DNA of 64,000 bases from an uncultured Candidatus Binatia bacterium (GCA_965242525.1 OZ251459.1:4000001-4064000), one strand, 5' to 3'; positions 26,610 through 36,356 are shown, counted from the first letter of the stretch. Numbers and translations: made by a program. Notes: generated by a model from the sequence alone, not told the origin.

Positions 26610-28010
26610 ATGCGTGACGGTTCGAGCGCCGCGTCCGCGCCTTCCGCCCGATGGACCCGCGGTCTCCACAGGGTGCGGGCCATCCGCGGCCCGGGCGGCG
26701 CGTGGGCGTTCCTGCGGTGGGCGGGCGCCGGCCTGCGGCGGGAGTTCCACCACCGGCGGGTGCATTGGCGGCGTCTGCGCCACTCGGTTCGGGGCCTCCG
26801 GATACGAGCCAGGCCGTTGCGGGCCGACGGGACGCCGGGCGGCGCGTTCCCCGCCTTCGACCTGGGAGGATACAACCCGGTGGGATGGCGGCCCGGCCCG
26901 GGCGTCGAGGCGGCCGCCCTGGGGCCCCTCCGCCTGCTGCCGCGGGGCGTCGAGGCGAGCCGCGTGGTCCGTCCGCGCAGCCTGCGCAGCCTGCGCCGGA
27001 TGCACCACCTGGAGGACGTGGCGGCGTTCCACTCCGACCCCGCGGCGCGCGCCGGCGAACTGGCCCGCCTTGCCGCGGCGGGCGTGGTGGTGCATCTGGC
27101 GGACCACGACCCGCGGCTCCGGCCGCTGCTCGGCCACGAGTTGCATGGACTGATGACGTCCGACGTGAGGGGGACCGACGCCCGCGCCCGCGAGTTGCTG
27201 AGCGTCCGCATGCGCCGGGCGGCCCTGCGCGAGCATTCCTCGTGGGCGCGTGCGCACGGCGGGGATCTGCCGCTGGTGTCGGTGCTGCTGGCCACCCGGC
27301 GACCCGGTTTCCTGCCTTGGGCGCTGGCAAGCGTGGCGCGGCAGACTTGGCCCCGGCTGGAGTTGGTCCTCGCCCTGCACGGCGAAGGGTTCGGGGATGT
27401 GGAGCCGCATGCGGCCCGACTGCCGCATCCGACGAAGGTCCTGCGGGCGCCCGCGGACGAGCCCCTCGGCGCGGTCCTCGCCGCGGGCGTCGAGGCGTCC
27501 CGCGGCGCGCTGCTGGCCAAGATGGACGACGACGACGTGTACGGCGCCGACCACCTGTGGGACCTGGTGCTCGCGCGCGAGTATTCGGGCGCGCAACTCG
27601 TGGGCAAGTGGCTGGAGTTCGTCTATCTGGCCGGGGCCCACCGCACCCTCTACTGGCGCAACCAGGGCGGCGAGCGCTGGCAGCGGTCTGCGGTGGCCGG
27701 CGGCACGCTGCTCGTCTCCCGTCCGGACCTGGAGCGCGCCGGCGGCTGGCGCAAGGCGGCGCCCGCGGGCGTCGATACGGCGCTGGCGGAGGACGTGCTT
27801 CGAGCCGGCGGGCACGTCTATCGCACCCACGCCGCGGGCTTCATGATGGTGCGGCACGGCTGCGGCCATACCTGGGACGACGGCGACGGGACCGACGGAG
27901 CGCTCCTCGCCAAGGCCGACAGCGTCCTGGACGGTTTCCGGCCGGACATGGCCGGCATCGAGGAGCCGAGCCTCCCGCACCCGGCGCTCCTTGCCCGGAG
28001 GGCGGGTTGA
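26610..28010 (+). CDS. glycosyltransferase (GT2-like, C-terminal catalytic domain)
   Basis: LVSVLLATRRP, LLAKMDDDDVYG, VAGGTL, GVDTAL. Confidence 0.8.
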   Translation: MRDGSSAASAPSARWTRGLHRVRAIRGPGGAWAFLRWAGAGLRREFHHRRVHWRRLRHSVRGLRIRARPLRADGTPGGAFPAFDLGGYNPVGWRPGPGVEAAALGPLRLLPRGVEASRVVRPRSLRSLRRMHHLEDVAAFHSDPAARAGELARLAAAGVVVHLADHDPRLRPLLGHELHGLMTSDVRGTDARARELLSVRMRRAALREHSSWARAHGGDLPLVSVLLATRRPGFLPWALASVARQTWPRLELVLALHGEGFGDVEPHAARLPHPTKVLRAPADEPLGAVLAAGVEASRGALLAKMDDDDVYGADHLWDLVLAREYSGAQLVGKWLEFVYLAGAHRTLYWRNQGGERWQRSAVAGGTLLVSRPDLERAGGWRKAAPAGVDTALAEDVLRAGGHVYRTHAAGFMMVRHGCGHTWDDGDGTDGALLAKADSVLDGFRPDMAGIEEPSLPHPALLARRAG

Positions 28011-28190
28011 GGGGGCGCATGGAGGCCGGGCACTCGAGAAACACCATCGGGTCTTGCGGGAGGGGTTGCCGTTGATGGGCCGCATGGAGGCCGGGGACCC
28101 GCGGCCGGATCCGGTTGGGCGCAGCGTCGTCGTGGAGCCGCGGAGCGCTTCCGCGCTTTCCGTGCGGTTCGGCGTCATGGCGGGACCCAC

Positions 28191-28928
28191 ATGAAAGCGC
28201 TGGCCCGAAGAGTGCTGGCGCGGGTTCGCCTGCAGCGGCCTGCATGCCGCATGTACCGATGGCTGCGGCGGGCCGCGCGCCGCGCCCGGGGCATCGACCG
28301 GCGCATGGCCAAGCGTTACTTGGCGGAGGCGATCGAGCCGAAGCTGCACCTGGGCTGCGGCGGCCACCTGCTCGACGGATGGCTGAACTCGGACGTGCGT
28401 CTCTGGGCGCCCAACGTCCTGCGCATGGACGCATCGCGCCGGTTCCCGTTCGCGGACGACACCTTTGCCTACGTTTACTGCGAGCACGTGATCGGCAGCC
28501 TCGACGTCGAAGGGGCCGCGGCCATGCTGAGGGAGTGCTTCCGCACGCTCGCACCGGGCGGCAGGGCGCGCATCTCGACCCCGGACTTGGCGTTCCTGTC
28601 GGGTCTGTGCGAGCCGCGGGAACGCTCGGAGCCGGAGCGGCGGTACGTGGACTGGTTCAGCGCCCGGGCCGGGGCGCCGGGCAGGGACTTCGACCCGGAC
28701 CTCTACAAGAGCGTCTGGGGGTTGTGCGTCCTTTACGACGAGCCGACCTTGCGCGAGGCCATGGAAGCCGCGGGCTTCGCCGACGTAGCCCGCCGCGGCC
28801 TGAACCGGAGCGACGCCCCCGCGCTGCGCGGCTTGGCCAACGAGGGACGGATGCCGGAGGGTTTCCTCCAACTGGAGTCGTTCACGCTGGAAGGCGCCAA
28901 GCCGATGCGTTATACTCGATCCCGTTGA
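28191..28928 (+). CDS. SAM-dependent methyltransferase (type 11-like)
   Basis: KLHLGCGG, WLNSD, FPFADDTF, CEHVI, RTLAPGGRARISTPDL. Confidence 0.88.
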   Translation: MKALARRVLARVRLQRPACRMYRWLRRAARRARGIDRRMAKRYLAEAIEPKLHLGCGGHLLDGWLNSDVRLWAPNVLRMDASRRFPFADDTFAYVYCEHVIGSLDVEGAAAMLRECFRTLAPGGRARISTPDLAFLSGLCEPRERSEPERRYVDWFSARAGAPGRDFDPDLYKSVWGLCVLYDEPTLREAMEAAGFADVARRGLNRSDAPALRGLANEGRMPEGFLQLESFTLEGAKPMRYTRSR

Positions 28929-28990
28929 CGCCCCGTTCGTGGACGGGCGCGGCGGTACGGGATCGAGGGAGTCGGCAGCGAGGACACGGT

Positions 28991-29425
28991 ATGGCGAAGG
29001 GGATCCAGTCCCACGAGCGATTGACCCGGGACGAACCGGTGGAGGGGGGCTCCAACCGGAGCTTCGGCGTCGTCTTCACCGTCGTGTTCGCCGCGGTGGG
29101 CCTGTTCCCGTTGCTCCACGGCAGGCCGCCGCGCTGGTGGTGGCTGGCCGCAGGCGCTGCGGTCCTCGCGGTCACCCTGGTCAAGGCCGACCTGCTGGCG
29201 CCGTTCAACCGGGTGTGGTTCCGGTTCGGCCTGCTCCTCCACCGGGTGGTCAGCCCGGTGGTCCTGGCGCTGCTGTTCTACGCCGTGGTCGTGCCCACCG
29301 GGCTGGTCATGCGCCTCCTGGGAAGGGACCTGCTGAACCTGCGGTACGACCCGGAGGCCGAGAGCTACTGGATCCACCGTGACCCCCCGGGGCCGGACCC
29401 CGAATCGCTGAAAAACCAGTTCTGA
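28991..29425 (+). CDS. SxtJ family membrane protein
   Basis: SNRSFGVVF, LAPFNRVWFRFGLLLHRVVSP, GRDLL, SYWI, SLKNQF. Confidence 0.85.
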   Translation: MAKGIQSHERLTRDEPVEGGSNRSFGVVFTVVFAAVGLFPLLHGRPPRWWWLAAGAAVLAVTLVKADLLAPFNRVWFRFGLLLHRVVSPVVLALLFYAVVVPTGLVMRLLGRDLLNLRYDPEAESYWIHRDPPGPDPESLKNQF

Positions 29426-29433
29426 GGTTCGCC

Positions 29434-29583
29434 ATGTCTTTTCTGCTCGAATTCTGGACCTTCCTGCGCACGCGCAAGAAGTACTGGCTGTTTCCGGCCA
29501 TCGTCATGATGCTCCTGCTGGGCGGGTTGCTGGTGCTGGCCCAGACCAGCGCGGTGGCGCCGATGATCTACACGATCTTCTGA
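29434..29583 (+). CDS. DUF5989/SxtK-like small membrane protein (absent from the ORF track)
   Basis: MSFLLEFWTFLRTRKKYWLFPAIVMMLLLGGLLVLAQTSAVAPMIYTIF, directly after the SxtJ-like gene. Confidence 0.85.
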   Translation: MSFLLEFWTFLRTRKKYWLFPAIVMMLLLGGLLVLAQTSAVAPMIYTIF

Positions 29584-29594
29584 AGCCGTGCGCG

Positions 29595-29660
29595 GAGCGT
29601 AGCGAAGACCCATCCCCCGTTCGTCCTGAGCGTAGCGAAGCGAAGTCGAAGGACGCCCCT
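29595..29660. repeat. REP2 palindrome between convergent genes
   Basis: ccgttcgtcctgagcgtagcgaagcgaagtcgaaggac. Confidence 0.8.
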
Positions 29661-30899
29661 TCAGTCCGGCGCCTCCCGTGGATTCCCCGGTCCGGCCGCG
29701 GCGGACAGCGCGTCCGCGACCGCGTCCGCGGCCTGCCGCGGGCAGTGCAATGCGTCGCGGCAGGCCAAGGCGCCGGACCGGTAGTGGTCGAGTCGGCCGA
29801 TGACGCGCAACATGGCGTCGGCCAGCCCCTCGGGATCCCCCACCGGCGCCGCCTCGCCGTTGACCCCCGGTCGCAGCGCCTCCGACAGGCCGCCTGCGTC
29901 CGTGGTCACCACGGGGATACCCGCTCCCGCGGCCAAGGCATGCACGCTGCTCTGGGTCCCGAACCGGTACGGCGTCACCACCAGGCTCGCGGCCGCTAGG
30001 CACGCCTTGAGGTCGGCCTGGGAATAGGGCGCCCAGACACTCCGGCAGCGCTCCCGGAAACCGAGCCTCGCCAGCCTCTCCTCCACCTCCGCGGGGTGCG
30101 TCGTCGATACGCTGGACGAAACCAGCAGCAGCCGCCAAGGGGCATGTCTGGCGTCGAGGATACGCAGGGCGGAGAGCAGGTCGTCGAGGCCCTGTTCCGC
30201 ACGGTGGTTCGACAGGAAGCCCACCACGGGCGCGCTGCCGGCCCATTGGCGCAGGCGGTCGGCCAGTTCCCGGTTGGCGGCATGACGGTCCAGCACGGGC
30301 TGGAAGTGCGGGTGGGGGAACTTGGAGAACCGTTCGTCGGGCAGGCCGTACAACCTCTGCACCGCCTCCTTCGTGTAGTCGCTCATGACCAGGACCTTCG
30401 CCGCGGCGCCATACGAACGTCCCAGCGCCGGCCTCGGCGACGACGCGGCGGATGCGCGCGCCCGGGCGCCGGCGAACCGGCCCATGCGCAGACGGCTTGG
30501 AGTCGAGTCCGTGTGGAACGGCCTGTGCGCGAGGGCCACGGACGCGATGCCGCGCCGGGCGAGGACGCGCATGGCCCAGGCGTCCACGCCGGGGAGCGCC
30601 AGGTTGGCCGTCACCAGCACCGCCTTCGACTGCAGGGCCTGGGCGTGGCGAACGGCTCGAAGCCAGTGGAACGGATAGCCGGCAAGCAGGCGCAGCGCGG
30701 TCCCCTTCCCGTCCTTCAGGGTGAAGGGCCGCCGGGCGAGCTTCAGGAACGGCGTCCAGTGGACGCCCGGGGGCGGCGGGAAAGCGCGCCTGGCAATGGA
30801 GCGGACGTGCACTTCATGCCCGTGTTCCTGCAGGACCACGGACATGAGTTCGAGGAAATGGGGGTCGGTGTTGAGGGGGTCTATCCAGAAGATTCTCAC
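29661..30899 (-). CDS. glycosyltransferase family 4
   Basis: GT-B-like C-terminus LVVTPYRFGTQSSV...GIPVVTTDAGGLSE...GDPEGLADAM. Confidence 0.85.
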   Translation of the reverse strand: MRIFWIDPLNTDPHFLELMSVVLQEHGHEVHVRSIARRAFPPPPGVHWTPFLKLARRPFTLKDGKGTALRLLAGYPFHWLRAVRHAQALQSKAVLVTANLALPGVDAWAMRVLARRGIASVALAHRPFHTDSTPSRLRMGRFAGARARASAASSPRPALGRSYGAAAKVLVMSDYTKEAVQRLYGLPDERFSKFPHPHFQPVLDRHAANRELADRLRQWAGSAPVVGFLSNHRAEQGLDDLLSALRILDARHAPWRLLLVSSSVSTTHPAEVEERLARLGFRERCRSVWAPYSQADLKACLAAASLVVTPYRFGTQSSVHALAAGAGIPVVTTDAGGLSEALRPGVNGEAAPVGDPEGLADAMLRVIGRLDHYRSGALACRDALHCPRQAADAVADALSAAAGPGNPREAPD

Positions 30900-31023
30900 G
30901 GTTGCGGAAACGCCTGCGTCTGCGGAAACGGATCGGGACGGGGCGCATTATAGGGTCGCGCCAACGACGGTGTCAACGAGGGGGTCCGTCCCGGGGGAAG
31001 CGGAAGCAGCGCCGCGGGCACGG

Positions 31024-31052
31024 TTGACTCCGGGGGATCCGATGCTTACCTT
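31024..31052 (+). promoter_or_regulatory. putative sigma70-type promoter of hsp20
   Basis: TTGACT-17 nt-TACCTT; RBS AAAGGAGG downstream. Confidence 0.55.
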
Positions 31053-31106
31053 CTCCTTCGACGAGGAGCTCCAAGGAAAGGATTTCAGCAAAGGAGGTAC
31101 GGACCA

Positions 31107-31565
31107 ATGTTGGGATATGAAGTGACGAGGTGGCATCCGTTCGTGTTTCGCGGACACCGGGACTTCGACGCCGTACTCGACCGGTTCCTGGGGCGCCGTG
31201 AGTCCAACGAAGGCTGGACGCCTCCGATGGATGCGTACGCCAGCGACGGCAAGTACGTGATCCGGCTCGACCTGCCCGGAGTGGATACGGAGGACCTGGA
31301 CGTCCAGGTGGAAGGAAGGGTCCTGACCATCAGGGGCGACCGGAAGGTCGAGACCGCGGACCATCATCTCCGGGAGACCGTCCACGGCAAGTTCGAGCGC
31401 GCCGTGAGGTTGCCCAACGGCGTCGATGCCGACCGGGTCGAGGCCCGGTACAGGAACGGCGTGGTCGAGGTCACGGCGCCGCTCCCGGCCAAGCCGGTGG
31501 GGCGCAAGGTCCCCGTCCGGAGGGAGGGCGGCGAAGCCGGGGCCGTCGAGTCCCACGACGGGTGA
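31107..31565 (+). CDS. Hsp20/alpha-crystallin small heat-shock protein
   Basis: WTPPMD, LDLPGV, LTIRGDRK, GKFERAVRLP, ARYRNGVVEVTAP. Confidence 0.93.
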   Translation: MLGYEVTRWHPFVFRGHRDFDAVLDRFLGRRESNEGWTPPMDAYASDGKYVIRLDLPGVDTEDLDVQVEGRVLTIRGDRKVETADHHLRETVHGKFERAVRLPNGVDADRVEARYRNGVVEVTAPLPAKPVGRKVPVRREGGEAGAVESHDG

Positions 31566-31603
31566 CCCGCGGCGGACTCGCCGCGAGCCTGCCGACGGCA
31601 GCG

Positions 31604-31632
31604 AGGGGCCTCTCGAAAGAGGGGCCCCTTTT
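31604..31632 (+). terminator. rho-independent terminator
   Basis: aggggcctctc-gaaa-gaggggcccct hairpin followed by a T-run. Confidence 0.75.
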
Positions 31633-31725
31633 CGTTTCCGTTCCTCCCGTTTCCGTCCCCTCCGCTTCCCGTCATTGACAAACGGGGTCGAAAAAGGGCA
31701 AAGCGGAAAGCGGGAGGTACGAGCC

Positions 31726-32769
31726 ATGAACGCAACCTGTGTCGATACGGACGGACACGTCCTCGAACGGCAGGCGGACATCCGCCCTTACCTGGACGCG
31801 CCCTGGAACGAGCGTCCCACGCCGTTGTGGCCGGGGGACCAACCGTGGGACCCCAACCTGTTCAACGGTTTCAAGATGTCGGTGAACTGGGAGGGCCTGG
31901 CGCCCGAGGAGCAGGTGCGGCGCTGGCACACGCTCATGGACAAGCAGGACATGGAAGTGGCCATCTGTTTCCCCACCGGCTCGGGCAACATCGCCAAGAA
32001 CCAGGAGGTGCCCTACCAGATCGCGGTGGCCAAGGCCGCCAACACGCACTTCGCCAAGGAATACAACGCCCTGTCCGGCCGGCTGAGTTGCGTGGGGGTC
32101 CTGCCCATGCGGGCGCCGGAGGAGGCGGCCCGGGAGCTGCGGCGCGCGGTCAACGACCTGGGCCTCAAGGGTTTCGAGATCCTCCCCACGGGGCTGCCCA
32201 TCGCCCTGGGCGAGACCTTCTACGACCCCATCTACCGGGCGGCGGAGGAGGAAGGCGTGGTGCTCGGCGTGCACGGCACCCGCAACACGTCACGCGAGCT
32301 CGGGGCGTCCATCCTCAGCACCTTTGCCGAGGTCCACTCCTACGCCTTTACCGCGGGGATCCTGCTCCAGTTCACCAGCATGGTGTGCCAGGGGATCACC
32401 GAGCGGTTCCCCAGGCTCAAGCTCGCGTTCCTGGAGATCGGCGCCACTTGGCTTCCCTACTACCTGGACCGTCTCGACGAGCACTGGGAGAAACGCGGCG
32501 CCCACGAGATGCCCCTGCTCGGGCGGAAGCCCAGCGACGTGGTGCGGGAGTCCGAAATGTACTTCAGCCTGGAGTCCGGCGAGTCGCAGCTTGCCGCCAC
32601 CGTGGACTACCTGGGCAGCGACCACTTCGTCTATGCCTCGGACATCCCCCACTGGGACAACGAGTTCCCGGAGAACCTGCGCCATCTCCGGAACCACCCG
32701 GACCTCTCGGACGAGGTCAAGGAGAAGATCCTCAGGAAGAACGCCCGGCGGCTGTTCGCCCTCGACTAG
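31726..32769 (+). CDS. amidohydrolase family 2 protein
   Basis: VDTDGHVLE, FPT, LGVHG, FLEIGATWLP, YASDIPHWD, NARRLF. Confidence 0.92.
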   Translation: MNATCVDTDGHVLERQADIRPYLDAPWNERPTPLWPGDQPWDPNLFNGFKMSVNWEGLAPEEQVRRWHTLMDKQDMEVAICFPTGSGNIAKNQEVPYQIAVAKAANTHFAKEYNALSGRLSCVGVLPMRAPEEAARELRRAVNDLGLKGFEILPTGLPIALGETFYDPIYRAAEEEGVVLGVHGTRNTSRELGASILSTFAEVHSYAFTAGILLQFTSMVCQGITERFPRLKLAFLEIGATWLPYYLDRLDEHWEKRGAHEMPLLGRKPSDVVRESEMYFSLESGESQLAATVDYLGSDHFVYASDIPHWDNEFPENLRHLRNHPDLSDEVKEKILRKNARRLFALD

Positions 32770-32841
32770 CGGCCCGGATGCGATCCGGCGCCCCCGGCCC
32801 TGCATCGAGGGGGAGGGCCGGGGCGAGGGGGGCGAAGCGCG

Positions 32842-33861
32842 TCAGTAGTTGAAGATCTCCTTCAGCGCCGCCTTGTTCTCCGCGGGGATGTCCACCATCC
32901 TCTCCACCAGCGACTGGAGCTCCTTGCCGGGGAGCGGGTTGATCTGGATGCGCGCCTTCCTGGCGTCTTCGAGGAAGGCCGGGTCCTCCATCAGGCTGGC
33001 GAACGCCCGGCGCATGGTCTCCACCCGTTCCGGGGGCGCCCCGGGAGGCATGACCCAGGGGCGTCCCACGGACAACTGCCGGTTGTACACCTCCAGGAAG
33101 TCCTTCTTGTCCGGCCTGGCGAGGTCCGACGCCAGCGGCACGTCCGGCAGCGCGGGATGCTTCTCCCGACCGATCTGCACCAGGATACGGATGGACTCGT
33201 TGGCGAACCAGTCCGCCTTGAGCGCCCGCAGCGAGGCGTAGCCCCAACCGCAGATGCCGTCCGCCTCTCCCTTGTCCACCGCCAGGGCGGTGGCCATGAT
33301 GCCGCGGTAGCCGGAGGTGACCTCCATGCGGGTCCCCATCACGTCGTTGAGCATGAGCGGGACGATGAAGACGTCCGAGCGCGGCTGCGTGGCCGCCATC
33401 TTCACCGGCTTGGCGGCCTGCACAAGGTCTTCCGCCTTCCGGTACGGACTGTCGCTGCGGACGAAGCAGGAGGCGGTCTCCTGCACCGGCGTCCCGATCC
33501 AGTGGAACCGGACCGGATCGAACCGGGCCTGGGGAACGCCCAGGGCCTGGGTCAGCGGCAGGGTGCGATGGATCGCGCCGATGGTGAGACCGTCTCGCCT
33601 GGCGATGTTGTAGAGCCAGTTGGCGGCCACCATGCCCGATGCGCCGGGCATGTTCTTGACCACGATCCGGGGTTTCCCGGGGATATGCTTGGCCATGTGC
33701 CGCGCGGCGATGCGCGGGTAGCGGTCGTAGGACGTCCCCGCGTCCGCGGACACCACGATGACCACCTGCTTGCCCCTGTACGCGGACTCGTCGGCAAGGG
33801 CGCTCGACCAGAGGCATCCGAGCGCCGTGGAGACCGCGAGGAAATTGCGAAGCGACGTCAT
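32842..33861 (-). CDS. tripartite tricarboxylate transporter substrate-binding protein (TctC/Bug-like)
   Basis: Signal peptide, YDRYPRIAARHMAKHIPGKP, NMPGASG, RDGLTIG, HPALPDVP; RBS AGGAGG. Confidence 0.9.
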   Translation of the reverse strand: MTSLRNFLAVSTALGCLWSSALADESAYRGKQVVIVVSADAGTSYDRYPRIAARHMAKHIPGKPRIVVKNMPGASGMVAANWLYNIARRDGLTIGAIHRTLPLTQALGVPQARFDPVRFHWIGTPVQETASCFVRSDSPYRKAEDLVQAAKPVKMAATQPRSDVFIVPLMLNDVMGTRMEVTSGYRGIMATALAVDKGEADGICGWGYASLRALKADWFANESIRILVQIGREKHPALPDVPLASDLARPDKKDFLEVYNRQLSVGRPWVMPPGAPPERVETMRRAFASLMEDPAFLEDARKARIQINPLPGKELQSLVERMVDIPAENKAALKEIFNY

Positions 33862-34008
33862 GCACCACCTCCTTTCATCGCCCATGGACCCCTGTATGGA
33901 CTCGGCCCCCGTTTGTCAAGGCGCGCGAGCCCGCCTTCGTCGAACCCTCGTGGGGACCTCCCGCTCCGGCGTCGCCCGGCAGGCGGACGGGCGACCTCCC
34001 GGCCCTTG

Positions 34009-36129
34009 CTATCCTCCCAGCCATTGCAGCACCACCTCCTGGGGCCATGCCGCGAGACCCTGGGGCCAGGGGATGCGGAGCGCGTAGTGGAACACCCCCA
34101 GCAGGAACGCCAGGGCCACCGCGGTATAGCCGAGGCGCGTCCACCACCGGGCGCGGGCGCGAAGGGCCAAGTACAGCCACAGGAACACCGGCACGCTCCA
34201 CAGGAAACCGATGATCCATATGGCCGCCAGGAGCGCCAGGATCCAGCCGAAGACGTCCGCGGCCCGGCGGGCCGCCACCGGGCCGGGGACGCCGCGCTCC
34301 GGCTCCAGGTCCATGATCCGGGCCGCGCCCTCCGGGGGCTCGCGGAACAGGTCCAGGGCCAGTTGCGCCGCGCACAGGACCAACGCCGTCAGGCCGATGA
34401 CCAGGGGGAACAGCCGCGCCTGGTCCGGCCACCCGCGGGCCGTGACCACCGCGCCAAGGACCGCTAGGAGGACCGCGAAGGTGAACCCGGCCGGCAGCCC
34501 GAGACGGAACCGGAGACCCGGCGCGGGCGTCTCCGGAACCGGATCGGCCGCGGCCGTGCCTCGCACGGGCGTCTCCGGAACGGGATCGGCCGCGGCTATG
34601 CCCCGTGCAGCCATCTTCGGAACCGGATCGGCCGCGGCCGCGCCCGGCCGGCCCCATTTGCGGCCGTACGCCAGACCGGCGACCATGAACGCGGCGATGG
34701 CCAGCACCATGGGGCGCAAGAGCCAGCTCGCGCCGTAGTGGCTGGCGGAGATGAAGAAGTAGTTCTCCAGCACGCTGCTCAGCACCAGCCCCAGGATGAG
34801 CGGCGGCCTCGGCCAGCCGAAGCGCTTCATGAGCCAACCCAGGGCGGCGAAGGAAACCAGCAGGAGCAGGTCGCCGAAGTGCCGCTTGGCCTGGAACGCG
34901 GCCAGGAACACCACCACGATCACCAGCGGGACCAGCAGGTGCGCCCGGACGCCGGCGAGCCGGGCCAGGGAGTTGGTGAGGAGCAGGCACAGGCCGGCGC
35001 CGAAGACGTTGGCGACGGCGATGCTCCACACCATGGTGTAGGTCACGTCCAGTCGTTTGGTGAGCATTTCGGGACCCGGGCTGATCCCCTGGATCAGGAA
35101 CACCCCGAGCAGTATGGCCATGGCGGCGCTGCCGGGCACGCCGAAGGCCAGGGTGGGGATCAGGGAGCCGCCCTCCTTGGCGTTGTTGGCGCTCTCCGGC
35201 GCGATGACGCCGCGCACGTCGCCCGTGCCGAAGGAGTCCCGGGCGCCGCGCTCGGTCTGGGCCGCGTGCCCGTAGGCGAACCAGTCCACCACCGCGCCTC
35301 CCAGACCCGGGGTGGCGCCCACCCACACGCCCACGGCGCTGGACCGAAGCACCAGGAACCAGTGGCGGAAGGCGTCCCGGACGCCCGCGCCCACGCCCCT
35401 CAGGGCGTCCTTGGGCACGTCGGCGACGCGCGCGCCGCGGACCGCCAAGTCCACCATCTCCGGGACCGCGAAGATCCCCAGGGCCACGGGCACCAGCGGC
35501 ACGCCCTCCCAGAGGTAGAGTTGGCCGAAGGTCCAACGCATCTCTCCCACCTGGTAGTCCATGCCGACCATGCCCACCATGAGGCCCAACGCTCCCACCA
35601 CCAGCCCCTTGAGGGGCGCGCTGCCGCTCAGCACCGCCACCATGGAGATGCCCAGCATCCCCATCATGAAGAACTCGGGAGCGCCGAAGGCGAGCACGAC
35701 GGGACGGAGGACCGGTATGGAGACGGCCAGGATCAGCGCCCCGAAGAGCCCTCCCATCATGGAGGCCGTGTAGGCGGCGCCAAAGGCCCGGCCCGCCTCT
35801 CCCCTCCGGGCCATGGGATGGCCGTCCAGGATGGTGGCCTGCGAAGCCGCGGTGCCGGGAACGCCGAAGAGCACCGACGGGATGGTGTCCGACGTGCTGG
35901 TCACCGAGATGAGACCCACCATGACGGCGAACGCGTTCACGGCGTCCAGGTCCAGGGTGAAGGGCAGCAGGATGGCGAGACCCACGAGGCCGCCGAGTCC
36001 CGGGACGGCCCCCAGGGAGAGGCCCATGACCACGCCCAGCAACAGGAAGGCCAGGCTCCGCGGGATCAGGTCGGCGAAACAGGGGCAACCGAATATGTTC
36101 TGGGCCGCGCTGAGGGCTGCATCCCACAT
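34009..36129 (-). CDS. tripartite tricarboxylate transporter permease, TctA-TctB fusion
   Basis: GAVPGLG, SVLFGVPGT, DGHPMA, GVIAPESANNAKEGG, PTLAFGVPG; C-terminal TctB-like ARLFPL...PWPQG. Confidence 0.9.
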   Translation of the reverse strand: MWDAALSAAQNIFGCPCFADLIPRSLAFLLLGVVMGLSLGAVPGLGGLVGLAILLPFTLDLDAVNAFAVMVGLISVTSTSDTIPSVLFGVPGTAASQATILDGHPMARRGEAGRAFGAAYTASMMGGLFGALILAVSIPVLRPVVLAFGAPEFFMMGMLGISMVAVLSGSAPLKGLVVGALGLMVGMVGMDYQVGEMRWTFGQLYLWEGVPLVPVALGIFAVPEMVDLAVRGARVADVPKDALRGVGAGVRDAFRHWFLVLRSSAVGVWVGATPGLGGAVVDWFAYGHAAQTERGARDSFGTGDVRGVIAPESANNAKEGGSLIPTLAFGVPGSAAMAILLGVFLIQGISPGPEMLTKRLDVTYTMVWSIAVANVFGAGLCLLLTNSLARLAGVRAHLLVPLVIVVVFLAAFQAKRHFGDLLLLVSFAALGWLMKRFGWPRPPLILGLVLSSVLENYFFISASHYGASWLLRPMVLAIAAFMVAGLAYGRKWGRPGAAAADPVPKMAARGIAAADPVPETPVRGTAAADPVPETPAPGLRFRLGLPAGFTFAVLLAVLGAVVTARGWPDQARLFPLVIGLTALVLCAAQLALDLFREPPEGAARIMDLEPERGVPGPVAARRAADVFGWILALLAAIWIIGFLWSVPVFLWLYLALRARARWWTRLGYTAVALAFLLGVFHYALRIPWPQGLAAWPQEVVLQWLGG
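34525..34645 (-). repeat. ~3 x 42-bp in-frame repeat (AAADPVPETP..) in the TctA-TctB linker
   Basis: ggaac(c/g)ggatcggccgcggc recurs with a 42-bp period. Confidence 0.85.
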
Positions 36130-36288
36130 GGCTTTCGAGGTCCCGGGACGCGAGCAGGGCGGCTCGGTGACGGAACGCCGCGGCCGCCCGCGCCTGACCG
36201 GAGACATTGCCACAAACGACGGCGGCGCACAAAACCGGCGCCCGCGGAGTTCCCTGGAGGGACGTCTGCTCGACACCGGCTCTCCCTC

Positions 36289-36356
36289 GGGAAAGCCCGT
36301 CCTTCGACTTCGCTTCGCTAGGCTCGGGACGAACGGCGTGGTTGTCCGGGGTTCCC
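36289..36356. repeat. degenerate REP2/MITE-B remnant
   Basis: gtccttcgacttcgcttcgctaggctcgggacgaacgg...ttgtccggggttccc. Confidence 0.7.

Noticed and set aside
24955-28010. A single GT gene split by the MITE
   Set aside because: Removing the MITE and one TSD leaves two overlapping ORFs in different frames, not one fused ORF.
28991-29583. Saxitoxin biosynthesis
   Set aside because: Only the widespread SxtJ/SxtK-like membrane genes are present, with no core sxt genes.
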